NCBI RefSeq assembly: GCF_044792175.1
Contig: NZ_CP172866.1
DNA from: Corallococcus coralloides
Lineage (GTDB): Bacteria; Myxococcota; Myxococcia; Myxococcales; Myxococcaceae
Direction: 5' to 3' (one strand)
Length of the DNA stretch: 64,000 nucleotides
In this document: positions 19,065 to 28,786 of the stretch, one piece after another
Numbering within the stretch: the first letter of the stretch is position 1
Layout: each line of letters opens with the position of its first letter
Notes under the pieces: generated by a model
What the model saw: the letters and a program-made list of their open reading frames with translations, nothing else
Database searches by the model: none
What the model was told of the DNA's origin: nothing
Translations under genes and position numbers: made by a program

Positions 19065-21647
19065 TCAGCGCCTCGGAGGACGGGGCGCGGGCGGCTCGGC
19101 GTGGCGCGGATCCTCGGGCCACGAATGCCGGGGGTACTTGCGGCACAGCTCCTTGCGGATCGCCGGGTAGTGACGCTCCCAGAAGCCCGCCAGGTCGGTC
19201 GTCACCTGCACGGCGCGCATGTTGGGGGCCAGCAGGTGCAACACCAGCGGCACGCGGCCCGCGCCCACGCTGGGCCCCTGCGCCATCCCGAAGAAGTCCT
19301 GCAGCCGTGACTCCACCCAGGGTGGCTTGTTGGGCTCGTAGTGCACCTTCACGCCGCGCCCGCCGGGCAGGGTGACGCGCTCGGGGGCGTGGTTCGCCAG
19401 CAGGCGCTGCTGCTCGGAGGTGAGCCGCGCGTAGAGCGCGTCCAGCAGCGACACGCCCTCCAGGTCGGAGAAGCTGCGCGCGCCCACGCACAGGGACGCC
19501 AGCGCGTCGCGCATGAAGCCCGCGTCCACGGTGGGGAAGCCCGCCTCGGGGAACGCCTTGCCCAGCAGCTCCACGCGGGTGCGCCACTGCTCCAGCGCCT
19601 CGGGCTCCGCGAAGCGCTCCGGGCCCGCGGCCAGCGCCGCCTCGGCCAGCACGCGCGCGGCCTCCTCGGACGGCGGTGCGGGCGTGCGCGTCTCCTCCAG
19701 CATGAGGTTGCCGTAGGCCAGCCGGGTGAGCCGCTCCACGCGGCGCGAGTCCGCGTTCCACTGGAGGGTGTCCACCTCCTCCAACGCGTCCGGGTAGAGG
19801 TCCAGCAGCCACTCGGCCTCCACGGCGCTGGCGAGCCGCACGACGGCGCCGCGGCCGGGGCGCTCCTCCGCGTCCACGGCGACCATCAGCTCCGCGTCCT
19901 GGACGACGCTGAACTCGGACAGGCTGGTGGTGCCGCCGCCGAACATGAGCAGCTCCGGGGAGCGGGGCCGCCGCCTGCGGGCCACACGGTCCGGGTAGCC
20001 CGCGAGCACGCTGAGCATCAGCGCCTGCTCCACGTCCTCGGGGCGGCTGGGGCGCGAGCCCTGTTCGCGGACCGCGCGGCGCAACTGCTTCTGCACGCGC
20101 TCCACGGACTGCACCGCGCCCGCGTCCAGGGACAGCGACTGCATGCGGCCGGAGGCGAAGCCTGAACGGCCGGCCTCGCGGAAGCGCTCCAGGAGCTCCA
20201 GCAGGTCGGAAGGCCCGCTGACGAGCGCGGACGCACGGCCCCCGCCGCCCAGGTTGGCGCGGGCCTCGCGGCGGATGTCGCGCTCGCCCATGAGGGCCGC
20301 GAGCACGGCGGCATCACCGCCCACGCCCCGCCGCTCGCCCTCGACGATGACGCGCGCCTGGCGGGGGTGGACGGGGAAGCGCAAGAGCCGCTGGCCCACG
20401 TCCGTCACGCCGCCCTTCGGGTCCACCGCGCCCAGCCGGCGCAGCAGCGTCTCCGCGGCCTCCAGGGCGGGGGCGGGGGGCGGCTCGAAGAATGGGAACG
20501 CCGTCAGGTCCTTCACGCCCGACGCACGCAGCGAGAGCACCGTCTCGGCCAGGTCGGTGCGGCGGATCTCCGGGGCCTCCTGATCCGGCCTGCCGTCGAA
20601 GTCGTGCTGGGTGTAGAGGCGCACGCAGTGCCCGGCCCGGGTGCGGCCCGCGCGGCCGGCGCGCTGCACGGCGGAGGCCCGGCTCACCTTGCCCAACTTG
20701 AGCTGCGGCAGCCCGGACCAGGGCGAGTGGGACGCCACGCGAGCAAGCCCGCTGTCGATGACGACCGCGACGCCGTCGATGGTGACGGAGGTCTCCGCGA
20801 CGTTGGTGGACAGGATGATCTTCCGGCGCGAGCTGCGGCGCACCGCGCGGTCCTGCTCCGCGGGAGAGAGGTCGCCATGCAGCGGGAGCACGTCGGCGTC
20901 ATGGCGCTCGGCGAACTCCGCGCAGGTGTCGCGCGCGCGGCGGATCTCCCCGGCACCGGGGAGGAACACGAGCACGTCTCCGTCGACGCCCTGGGTGAAC
21001 AGGCGCTTGAGCGCGGAGAGCACCTGTTGATCCAGGTGCCGCTCGTCCGGCGCGGACAGGTATTCGACGCTGACGTCGAAGCGGCGGCCCTCGGAGCGCA
21101 GGGAAGGGGCGCCGCCCAGGTACGCGCGGACGGGCTCGGCCTCCAGGGTCGCGGACATCACCACGAGCTTGAGGTCCGGGCGGGCCGTCTCCTGCAGCCG
21201 CCGCAGGAGCGCGAGCGAGATGTCCGCGGACAGGTGCCGCTCGTGGAACTCGTCGAGCACGACGATGCCCACGTCGCGCAGGGTGGGGTCGGTGAGCAGA
21301 CGGCGTCCGAGCACGCCCTCGGTGACGAAGGACATGCGCGTCTTGGGCCCGCGGACGTCCTCGAAGCGGACCTGGTATCCGACGGTCTCGCCCACGCGCT
21401 CGCCAATCTCCTCGGACACGCGCTGCGCGGCGAGCCGGGTGGGCAGCCGCCGGGGCTGGAGGACGACGATCTCCTTGCCAGCGCCCAGCCCTGCCTCCAA
21501 GAGCGCGCGGGGAACACGGGTCGTCTTGCCCGCGCCGGGCGGCGCCTCCAGCACGAGCGACCGCGCGCTCCGGAGCGTGGAGACGATGTCAGGCAGGAGG
21601 GGATCGATGGGAAGGGCGACGTCCGCCATGTCCGGGTTCCTCTTCAC
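19065..21647 (-). CDS. hrpB: ATP-dependent RNA helicase HrpB (DEAH-box).
   Basis: The 860-aa ORF has Walker A LEAPPGAGKTT, DEFHER (DEAH variant), helicase C, HA2 and a C-terminal HrpB domain. The probable start is MADVAL at 21629. Confidence 0.85.
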   Translation of the reverse strand: MKRNPDMADVALPIDPLLPDIVSTLRSARSLVLEAPPGAGKTTRVPRALLEAGLGAGKEIVVLQPRRLPTRLAAQRVSEEIGERVGETVGYQVRFEDVRGPKTRMSFVTEGVLGRRLLTDPTLRDVGIVVLDEFHERHLSADISLALLRRLQETARPDLKLVVMSATLEAEPVRAYLGGAPSLRSEGRRFDVSVEYLSAPDERHLDQQVLSALKRLFTQGVDGDVLVFLPGAGEIRRARDTCAEFAERHDADVLPLHGDLSPAEQDRAVRRSSRRKIILSTNVAETSVTIDGVAVVIDSGLARVASHSPWSGLPQLKLGKVSRASAVQRAGRAGRTRAGHCVRLYTQHDFDGRPDQEAPEIRRTDLAETVLSLRASGVKDLTAFPFFEPPPAPALEAAETLLRRLGAVDPKGGVTDVGQRLLRFPVHPRQARVIVEGERRGVGGDAAVLAALMGERDIRREARANLGGGGRASALVSGPSDLLELLERFREAGRSGFASGRMQSLSLDAGAVQSVERVQKQLRRAVREQGSRPSRPEDVEQALMLSVLAGYPDRVARRRRPRSPELLMFGGGTTSLSEFSVVQDAELMVAVDAEERPGRGAVVRLASAVEAEWLLDLYPDALEEVDTLQWNADSRRVERLTRLAYGNLMLEETRTPAPPSEEAARVLAEAALAAGPERFAEPEALEQWRTRVELLGKAFPEAGFPTVDAGFMRDALASLCVGARSFSDLEGVSLLDALYARLTSEQQRLLANHAPERVTLPGGRGVKVHYEPNKPPWVESRLQDFFGMAQGPSVGAGRVPLVLHLLAPNMRAVQVTTDLAGFWERHYPAIRKELCRKYPRHSWPEDPRHAEPPAPRPPRR

Positions 21648-21674
21648 GGCGGGGGACTCACCGCGCGTCGGGTC

Positions 21675-22793
21675 TCAAGGCGTGCCAGCCTCGGACGGGT
21701 CGGTCTTCTTGCGTCGCTTGGGGCGCACGGCCTCCGGAGCACCGGAAGCCGGAGCATCCGAGGGAGCGTCGGCCTGAGCGGTCTCCGCGGCTGGCGCGGC
21801 GTTCTTCGGGGGCCGGCCCCGCCGTGCGGGACGCGCCGCGACGGGAGCCTCCGGGGCGACGGGTTCTGCGGCGGCGGTGACCTCCTCGGCCCCACCGTCC
21901 GAAGCCGGGGCCTCGGCGTCGGCGGCCTCCGCCACGGTCTCCTCCAGGGGAGCCTGGGCCTCCGGCTCATCGGGAGCCGCCTCCAGCGAGTCGTCTCCGG
22001 AATCCTCCTCGGACCCCTCGAACGCCTCCTCCTGGCCGGCGTCACCTTCCTCACCGAAGAGGTCCGAAGCGCCGTCCTCCGCGGAGAGCGCGAGCGACTT
22101 GCCCGCGCGCTTCCGGGGCTTGAGGGTGAGGCCCGCGGCCTCGAAGACCCCGGGCACGGGAACGAGCGCGGCCTCCGCGAGCAGCCGCCCCTGCCGCAGC
22201 GCCACGTCCAGTCGCCGCCCCAGCGACACCAGCGCCTCGCGCAGGGCCGCCTCCTGCTCCGGGGGCAGGGGAGTGGGGGAGAGGCTCGCGGTCCACGCGG
22301 CGAACGTCGCGGCGACCTGATCCACGACGGGGCGGACCATGGCGAAGTCGTCGCGGGAGAAGATGCGGGTGACGTAGGCGCTCTTGAGCCGCCGCTCGTA
22401 CGACGCGGCGTACTCGTTGACCAGCTCCACGGGCGCCCGGCGCAACTGCGGGAACTTGAGATGGGGGAAGAGCGCCTCGATGACGGGGGCGCGGCTGCTG
22501 GCGGTGAAGGTGATGCCGGCGTGCAGCTTCTCCAGCGCATCCACCCAGCGGCCCTGCTGATCGAACGAGAACTCCTCGCGGGCCTCGTCGAGCTCCGGCA
22601 GGTCCTTCACCTGCTCCAGCAGGCCGCCCGCGGGCTCACGGGCCTCGCGCAGGCGCTCCAGCGCGGAGGCCAGCCACTGCTTCTCGGCCTCCAGCCCCGG
22701 CCTGCCGACGACCATCTCCTCCGCCGTGGCGAGTCGGGCCTCGAAGGCCTCGGCGAAGCGGATCAGCTCATAGGATTCGAGCGTGGACGACAT
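21675..22793 (-). CDS. Hypothetical protein with a folded ~230-aa N-terminal domain and an acidic/Ala-Pro-rich tail carrying basic AT-hook-like motifs.
   Basis: This 372-aa ORF has the tail DGASDLFGEEGDAGQEEAFEGSEEDSGDD followed by ARPARRGRPPKNAAP and RPKRRKKTDP. It lies 28 nt upstream of hrpB on the same strand. Confidence 0.5.
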   Translation of the reverse strand: MSSTLESYELIRFAEAFEARLATAEEMVVGRPGLEAEKQWLASALERLREAREPAGGLLEQVKDLPELDEAREEFSFDQQGRWVDALEKLHAGITFTASSRAPVIEALFPHLKFPQLRRAPVELVNEYAASYERRLKSAYVTRIFSRDDFAMVRPVVDQVAATFAAWTASLSPTPLPPEQEAALREALVSLGRRLDVALRQGRLLAEAALVPVPGVFEAAGLTLKPRKRAGKSLALSAEDGASDLFGEEGDAGQEEAFEGSEEDSGDDSLEAAPDEPEAQAPLEETVAEAADAEAPASDGGAEEVTAAAEPVAPEAPVAARPARRGRPPKNAAPAAETAQADAPSDAPASGAPEAVRPKRRKKTDPSEAGTP

Positions 22794-22835
22794 GCGTGAA
22801 CGACTCCTCGGAGGGGCGGCGGAGATACCACACCT

Positions 22836-23531
22836 TCACCGTCCGACGAGCAGGGCCTCCATGGCTCCAGGGGCGGAGAAGTCCGCGAAGGCCCACTCGG
22901 CGCCTGCGTCGCGCAGCGCCTGGGCCGTGAAGTTGCCCGTGCCCACGCCAATCGTCTCCGCGCCAATGCCCTTGGCGGCCGCGACGTCCTTCGGCGTGTC
23001 GCCGATGATCACCACCCGGCACGCCTCCAGCCGCTCACCCAGTTGCGCCGCTCCGGCCTGCGCGCCGTGCCGGATGAGCGCCACGCGGTCCTCGAAGTCG
23101 CAGCCAAAGCCGCCGAAGGCGAACTGGTCGTGGATGTTCACGCGGTCCAGCTTCACCTTGGCGCCCGCGCGCACGTTGCCGGTGCCCAGCCCCACCGCGA
23201 AGCCCGGTCGCGAGCGAGCCTCCATCACGGCCTCCCGCATGCCCGGGTGCAGCCGGTACTCGCGCGCGTCGACCTTGGGAACCTCCAGCCCCAGGTGGGC
23301 GACGTACGCGTCGATGACCGCGCTGATGGTGTCCTCGGTGTCGGGCTGGCCGATGATGCCCAGCCCCTTGCGGACGATGGCCCGGTCCGTCATGCCGGAC
23401 ATGCTGAAGCCATCGCACGCGTCGCGCCGCTGGTGCAGTTGCTCGAAGGCCAGGCCCATGGCGCGGCGTCCGGCGCCGCCGGTGGTGACGAGGGTGCCAT
23501 CGATATCGAAAAGAAGGACGGTGGGGCGCAT
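22836..23531 (-). CDS. HAD-superfamily hydrolase (phosphoglycolate-phosphatase-like).
   Basis: It has motif I LLFDIDGTLV, motif II GLGTGN, and motifs III/IV K...GDTPKDV. Confidence 0.75.
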   Translation of the reverse strand: MRPTVLLFDIDGTLVTTGGAGRRAMGLAFEQLHQRRDACDGFSMSGMTDRAIVRKGLGIIGQPDTEDTISAVIDAYVAHLGLEVPKVDAREYRLHPGMREAVMEARSRPGFAVGLGTGNVRAGAKVKLDRVNIHDQFAFGGFGCDFEDRVALIRHGAQAGAAQLGERLEACRVVIIGDTPKDVAAAKGIGAETIGVGTGNFTAQALRDAGAEWAFADFSAPGAMEALLVGR

Positions 23532-23611
23532 GGCCTCCCATCTAACGGAACGCCCCGCCCGGCGCGAGCCCCGAGCAGTCCACCAGGGCGGCCGCCCCCG
23601 CCATGCCCGGC

Positions 23612-24268
23612 TCAGGGCTCCGCGAGCGTGAGGCCCTGCTGGAGCGCTTCGCGCACCCGGGGAACCTCCTCCAGGGGGAGCCGCTCCTCCAGCACCTCGC
23701 GCACCCGCTGACCGCCCAGCCGGCCGAGCGCCTGGGCGACGGCCTCACGCAGCCGCAGGTCGCGGTCCTCCAAGCGGGCCTGCAGCGTCGTCACGGCCTC
23801 GAACCCCAGCCGCTGGCCCAGCGCGGCCGCGGCCTGCGAGCGGACCTCCGAAGGCCGGTGCGGATCCTCCAGCATCGCCTGGAGCGTCTGTCCCGCCTCC
23901 GGCGATTCCACGCGAGCCAGCGCCGTCACGGCCCGCATCCGCTGCGCGTCCGGGACGCTCGTGTCCTCCGCCAGCGCGGCCAGGATGGGCACGACCTCCG
24001 GCCCGAACCTGCGCCACGCCGCCTCGGGGGCCAAGGTCGGTTGTGAGAGCAGTCCGAGGGCCTCCGTGCGCAGCGGTCCGGGAACGGCGACGGCCGGGGG
24101 AACGGATGCCGCGGCCGGGGTCTTCGCTCCGGCCGGAGCCGCCTCGGACACGGGCCCCAGGCCCGCGAGCATGGCGAGACCGGCCAGCGCCACCCAGCGC
24201 GAGGACGCGGAACGGCACGGCACTGGCGAGGGACGAACACCGCGGGGGCGGGACGGCTGGCTCGGCAT
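23612..24268 (-). CDS. Secreted HEAT / PBS-lyase-like repeat protein.
   Basis: It has the signal-like segment WVALAGLAMLAGLGPVSEA and repeats of the form VRxxAAxALGxLG (VRSQAAAALGQRLG, LREAVAQALGRLGG). The ATG at 24266-24268 lies in track ORF 23612..24766. Confidence 0.5.
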   Translation of the reverse strand: MPSQPSRPRGVRPSPVPCRSASSRWVALAGLAMLAGLGPVSEAAPAGAKTPAAASVPPAVAVPGPLRTEALGLLSQPTLAPEAAWRRFGPEVVPILAALAEDTSVPDAQRMRAVTALARVESPEAGQTLQAMLEDPHRPSEVRSQAAAALGQRLGFEAVTTLQARLEDRDLRLREAVAQALGRLGGQRVREVLEERLPLEEVPRVREALQQGLTLAEP

Positions 24269-24349
24269 GCGGGGCTCCCGGAGGGGAAGGGGAGCCCCGT
24301 TATACGACGGCTGCCGGTCCGGACTCGATAACGCTAAGGTCGGTCCACC

Positions 24350-24742
24350 ATGGCCGGACGCGTCTTCTTCTTCCTCCAGCACGCCACGTACGAGCCCGCC
24401 TATCAGGCGGCCTCCATGGGCATCACCGCCGCCGCGATGGGCGACGACGTCTACTTCGTCTTCGCCTTCGAGGCCCTGCGCCAACTGGTCCGAGGCGGCT
24501 TCGGCCTGGCGCACAGCGAGCGCGAGCGCACCGAGGCGGCCCGTGCCGAAGGGCTCAATGTCCCCACCCCGGCCCGCATGCTGGAGGAGGCGCGCGCCCT
24601 GGGCGCGAAGCTCGTGGCCTGCGACACCACGGTCCGCATCTGTGGCCTGTCGCCTCAGGAACTGCACGGCACGCTGGACGAAGTGATGGGCCTGGCCTCC
24701 ATCTGGAGGCTGACGGAAGGCGCGCGCGTCCTCACGCTCTGA
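24350..24742 (+). CDS. DsrE/DsrF-like family protein (small sulfur-relay or peroxiredoxin-like fold), tentative.
   Basis: This is a 130-aa ORF with MAGRVFFFLQHATYE, a Cys in VACDTTVRICG, and size and pattern consistent with DsrE-like proteins. Confidence 0.4.
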   Translation: MAGRVFFFLQHATYEPAYQAASMGITAAAMGDDVYFVFAFEALRQLVRGGFGLAHSERERTEAARAEGLNVPTPARMLEEARALGAKLVACDTTVRICGLSPQELHGTLDEVMGLASIWRLTEGARVLTL

Positions 24743-24958
24743 GCGGGCACATGCGCTGCTCCCCACCCTCCGGAAGGAGGCGGATGTCCGACAGGGGAAG
24801 CGGATCTGCCCTCGGGGATCGCCTGACGTTGCAACTTGGCAGCACTACCTGAATGGAACCTGCCTGCCGCGAGTCGCTGTAGCCTCGGTGGGCGTCCACG
24901 CGTTACGCTGGGGCATTCGCAGTCCGTTGTCCCCCCCTGGAAGGAACCCTCAAAGCCT

Positions 24959-26287
24959 ATGCGCGCCAAGTCGACCCCCCTGAGCGCACTGCTGGCCGGC
25001 ACCCTCGGTGTCGCCGTGATGGCCGGCTGTCAGACGTATGACTTCGAGCCGGTGGAACCGCTCGCGATCGCCCAGACGACGAAGGAGACGGTGATCACCG
25101 CCCGCAGGAGCAAGCCGGACGTGATGCTCCTCGTGGACATCTCCGGCTCGATGACCCTGCCGGTCAACAAGGACCTGGTCGTCAACGGCACGCGCGTGTG
25201 TGACCTGACCCAGGACGGCTTCACCTTCACCTGCCGCGACGACTACCCCTGCGACACGTCGAAGTGCCCCACGCGTTGGAGCGAGCTCCAGGGCGCGATG
25301 GGCCCCTTCCTCGCGGAGAGCGGCAAGCTGGTCCGCTTCGGCCTGACGACCTATCCGGCGCCTCCGCCCGTGCTGCCGCCTCCGCAGAAGCCGAGCGCCG
25401 CCCAGTTGTGCGCGCCCGCCGCCACCGGAGAGAGCGTCCGCGTCGCCATCCCCTTCGACAAGGACTCGGACGCGGAACTCCAGCTCCACGCGAACTCGGT
25501 GAATGACAGCATCCAGTCCATCCCCAACGGTGGCGCCAACCGCCCCCAGGGTGGTACGCCGACCGCGCAGAGCCTGCTGTTCACGAGCACCCTCCTCGGT
25601 CCCCCATCCGAGGAGCGCGATCAGATCATCATCCTGCTGACCGACGGTCTGCCCAACTGCAACGACAACAACGCGAACAACGGCAGCAGCGCCGCGTGCC
25701 GCTGCACGCTCGAGGAGCCGACGCAGTGCTCGGCGGAGCTGAGCCCGTATTACAAGCGGGGTTGCCTCGACAAGGACGCCTCCGTGCTGGCGGTGGAGTC
25801 GCTGAAGACGAAGAAGATCTCCACCATCGTCATCGGCTTCGGCGCGGAGACGTCGACGGGTGACGGCCCCAGCGTCCTCAACGAGATGGCCCGCGCCGGT
25901 GGTTACGCGCGCACCTGCAAGGCCAGCGTCGACTGCGGCACGGGGGACACCTGCGACGTCAACACCGGCCTCTGCGGACGCTCCTTCTACCAGGCGGGCA
26001 ATCGCGAGGAGCTCGCGGCCGCGCTGAAGTCCATCAGCGAGCAGATCCTGCCGGGCGAGCCCTGCTTCACCAAGCTCGAGAAGAGCCAGATGCCCTCCGA
26101 TGAGAAGCTCATCGTCGTCTACATCGACGGCGAGCGCACGCTCGCGGGCCCCGACACCTGGTCGCTGGACCAGTCGGACCCCGAGAATCCTGGCGTGCGG
26201 TTCACGGGCAGCGCCTGCGCGAAGCTGGAGGCGTCGCGTCCGGAAGACCCGGTCAGCGTCGAAGTGCGCGCCATCCGCCAGCTCTAG
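24959..26287 (+). CDS. cglB: Cysteine-rich von Willebrand factor A (VWA) domain lipoprotein with a MIDAS motif, CglB-like gliding-motility adhesin.
   Basis: It has a lipobox LGVAVMAGCQ, MIDAS DISGSMT...LLTDGLPN, about 19 Cys (FTCRDDYPCDTSKCPT, CKASVDCGTGDTCDVNTGLCG) and is 442 aa. Its position about 15 genes upstream of rpoB matches what I recall for M. xanthus cglB. Confidence 0.55.
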   Translation: MRAKSTPLSALLAGTLGVAVMAGCQTYDFEPVEPLAIAQTTKETVITARRSKPDVMLLVDISGSMTLPVNKDLVVNGTRVCDLTQDGFTFTCRDDYPCDTSKCPTRWSELQGAMGPFLAESGKLVRFGLTTYPAPPPVLPPPQKPSAAQLCAPAATGESVRVAIPFDKDSDAELQLHANSVNDSIQSIPNGGANRPQGGTPTAQSLLFTSTLLGPPSEERDQIIILLTDGLPNCNDNNANNGSSAACRCTLEEPTQCSAELSPYYKRGCLDKDASVLAVESLKTKKISTIVIGFGAETSTGDGPSVLNEMARAGGYARTCKASVDCGTGDTCDVNTGLCGRSFYQAGNREELAAALKSISEQILPGEPCFTKLEKSQMPSDEKLIVVYIDGERTLAGPDTWSLDQSDPENPGVRFTGSACAKLEASRPEDPVSVEVRAIRQL

Positions 26288-26364
26288 CGGCAGGCAGGCG
26301 GAGGCGGCTTTACGCGGGCGGAGGCGGGGATTATAGGGTCCTCGCCGGGCCGGTCGCCTCCGCC

Positions 26365-27342
26365 ATGAAAATCACTGTCCTCTCGCGCTCCGCTTCCATC
26401 TCGTCCACGCGGCGGATCGTCGAAGCAGGCCGCGCGAGGGGACACCGGGTCCGCGTGCTCAACCCGCTCCGGGTGCAGATGCATCTGGACGGGGGCAGCC
26501 AGGCGACCCTCTTCTACGACCGCAAGAAGCTCACCCCCACCGACGTCGTCATCCCGCGCATCGCCCTGTCCATCAGCACCTACGGGCTCGCGGTGGTGAA
26601 CCAGTTCGGTCTGGCGCGCGTGCCCCTGGTGAACCATGCCCAGGCCATCGCGCAGTCGCGCAACAAGATGCGCGCCCTCCAACTCCTGTCCGCCCACGGC
26701 ATCGACATCCCCGCCACGGTGATGGCCCGGGACGCGGCCCACCTCAAGGAGATGGTCGGCCTGGTGGGCGGGGTGCCCGTGCTGGTGAAGCTCCTCCAGG
26801 GCCAGGAGAAGCACGGCGTGATGGTCTGCGAAAGCCTCCAGTCCCTGGAGGCAGCGCTCGAGGCGGTGCTCGGTCTGGGGCACAACCTGGTCATGCAGGA
26901 GTACGTGCGGAGCACCGGCCAGGACGTACGCGTGCTCGTGGTCGGCGGCGAGGCCATCGCCTGCGTGCTGCGCAAGCCGCGCCCCGGGCGCCTCTCGCAC
27001 ACGCTCAACCGGGGCGCCCGCCTGGAGGCCCTGCCGCTGTCTCCCGGCCATCGCGCCACGGCGGAGAAGGTCGCCCGGCTCGTGGGACTGGAGGTGGCCG
27101 CGGTGGACATCCTGGACGTCCAGGGACACCCCAAGGTCTTCGAAGTGAACAGCTCGCCCGCGCTCCTGGAGATGGAGGCCGCGACGGGCCTGGACCTGGC
27201 CACGCCCATCATCCAGCGGGCGGAGGCCCTCGTCGCCGGCGACGTCCCCGTCTGGACCGCCGCCCTGGAGACGCCCCAGGCCCTTCCCCCGCCACCGCCG
27301 GGGCGCAAGGGCGCCGTGAAGGTGAGCGCGCCGCGGAGTTAG
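26365..27342 (+). CDS. RimK-family ATP-grasp ligase (alpha-L-glutamate ligase-like).
   Basis: The 325-aa ORF is RimK-like along its whole length, with VVKLLQGQEKHGVMVCES, LVMQEYV and VDILDVQGHPKVFEVNSSP. Confidence 0.8.
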   Translation: MKITVLSRSASISSTRRIVEAGRARGHRVRVLNPLRVQMHLDGGSQATLFYDRKKLTPTDVVIPRIALSISTYGLAVVNQFGLARVPLVNHAQAIAQSRNKMRALQLLSAHGIDIPATVMARDAAHLKEMVGLVGGVPVLVKLLQGQEKHGVMVCESLQSLEAALEAVLGLGHNLVMQEYVRSTGQDVRVLVVGGEAIACVLRKPRPGRLSHTLNRGARLEALPLSPGHRATAEKVARLVGLEVAAVDILDVQGHPKVFEVNSSPALLEMEAATGLDLATPIIQRAEALVAGDVPVWTAALETPQALPPPPPGRKGAVKVSAPRS

Positions 27343-27407
27343 AAGAGAAAGCGCTCCCCGCGCGTCCGAAGCCCCGGTATACGAACGCCGCCTTCCTGGA
27401 GACACCC

Positions 27408-27854
27408 ATGCCCCGCACCCGCCGCCTCCCGACCCTGGCCCCCCTGCTGCTGACGCTCGTCGGCGCGCCGGTGCTGGCCCAGGACGTGGACCCCGCAACC
27501 CTCTACGAGGTCACCACCGAGGGGACGTCGACGCAGGTGAAGGCCGGAGGGCAGGGCACGTTCGTGCTCGCCATCAAGTCGAAGCCCGGCGCCCACGTCT
27601 CCGACGAGGCCCCGCTGAAGCTGGAGCTGACGGGCAAGCAGCTCACGCCCGCCCAGAAGACGCTGACCCGTGAACAGTCGGTGGCGAAGAAGGCGGACGG
27701 CCAGCAGTTCGTGGATCCGCGCTTCGAGGTCCCCTTCACCGCGGTGTCCGCCGGCAAGGGCACGCTGGACGCGACGCTGACCTTCTTCATCTGCACGGAG
27801 AAGATCTGCGCCCGTCAGAAGAAGACCTTCTCGCTGCCCGTGGAGGTCCAGTAG
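27408..27854 (+). CDS. Small secreted hypothetical protein (148 aa).
   Basis: It has the signal peptide LLLTLVGAPVLAQ and a C-terminal FFICTEKICARQ (CxxC-like). It sits immediately downstream of rimK. Confidence 0.45.
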   Translation: MPRTRRLPTLAPLLLTLVGAPVLAQDVDPATLYEVTTEGTSTQVKAGGQGTFVLAIKSKPGAHVSDEAPLKLELTGKQLTPAQKTLTREQSVAKKADGQQFVDPRFEVPFTAVSAGKGTLDATLTFFICTEKICARQKKTFSLPVEVQ

Positions 27855-27859
27855 CCCCC

Positions 27860-28660
27860 ATGCGCGAGCGCTCCTCCAAGCCTTCCAGTGGTGACCGCGG
27901 CGGCCACGAAGCCCCGCGCTACGTCCATGGCGTCAACCCCGTGCTGGAGGCCCTGCGCGCCCACCCGGACGCGGTGGAGCGCCTCTTCATCGTCGACGGG
28001 CAGGTCGGCGCCAAGGCCGCCGGCGAGCTGCTCAGCCGCGCGCGTGACGCGGGCGTCCGGGTGGAGAAGGTTGGCCGGGAGCGGCTGTCCTCGATGGCGG
28101 AGGGTGGCGTGCACCAGGGCGTCGTCGCCGAACTGCGCGGCTTCCAGTACGTCGAACTCGAGGACGTGCTGGAAGCGGCGAAGGCCAGGAAGCAGCCCGC
28201 GCTCGTCGTCGTGCTCGACGGCATCCAGGATCCGCACAACCTGGGCGCCATCATCCGCTCGGCCCACGCGCTCGGGGCCCACGGCGTCGTCCTGGCCAAG
28301 GACCGCGCCGTGCAGGTGACGGGCACGGTGGCCAAGGCCTCCGCCGGCGCCGTCGAGTACTGCCCCATCGCGCGCGTCACCAACATCTCCCGCGCCCTGG
28401 AGCAGTTGAAGGAAGCGGGGCTCTGGGTCGCGGCCGCGGACGTGGAGGGCGCGGAGCCCCTGTGGAGTGCCCGCCTGGACGGGCCCCTGGCGTTGGTCGT
28501 GGGGGCCGAGGGGGCGGGCGTGAGGGAAGGCGTCCTCAAGCACTGCGACTTCCGCCTCCGGATTCCCATGGGCGGTCAGGTCGGTTCATTGAATGCGTCG
28601 GTTTCCGCCGCGATTCTGCTATACGAGGTCGCCCGTCAGCGGGGCCGTCCTTCCCGCTAA
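27860..28660 (+). CDS. rlmB: TrmH-family 23S rRNA (Gm2251) 2'-O-methyltransferase.
   Basis: It has the SpoU substrate-binding N-domain HGVNPVLEAL and methylase motifs VVLDGIQDPHNLGAIIRSA, VVGAEGAGV and SLNASVSAAILLYE. Confidence 0.8.
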   Translation: MRERSSKPSSGDRGGHEAPRYVHGVNPVLEALRAHPDAVERLFIVDGQVGAKAAGELLSRARDAGVRVEKVGRERLSSMAEGGVHQGVVAELRGFQYVELEDVLEAAKARKQPALVVVLDGIQDPHNLGAIIRSAHALGAHGVVLAKDRAVQVTGTVAKASAGAVEYCPIARVTNISRALEQLKEAGLWVAAADVEGAEPLWSARLDGPLALVVGAEGAGVREGVLKHCDFRLRIPMGGQVGSLNASVSAAILLYEVARQRGRPSR

Positions 28661-28679
28661 CGACCCCGGATCAATCTCC

Positions 28680-28708
28680 TTGACTTGGAGAGTGGGGGCT
28701 TCTAAAAG
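28680..28708 (+). promoter_or_regulatory. Putative sigma70-type promoter upstream of the tRNA-tuf cluster.
   Basis: It has TTGACT (28680-28685), a 17-nt spacer and TAAAAG (28703-28708). The assignment rests on sequence pattern only. Confidence 0.25.
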
Positions 28709-28786
28709 GTCGCGCCTCTCAAGTCGCTGCCGAGGGGTTGACGGTCCGCTCGGGATGAGGTAGGGCGGGGCAGTTGCTGGATGGAT

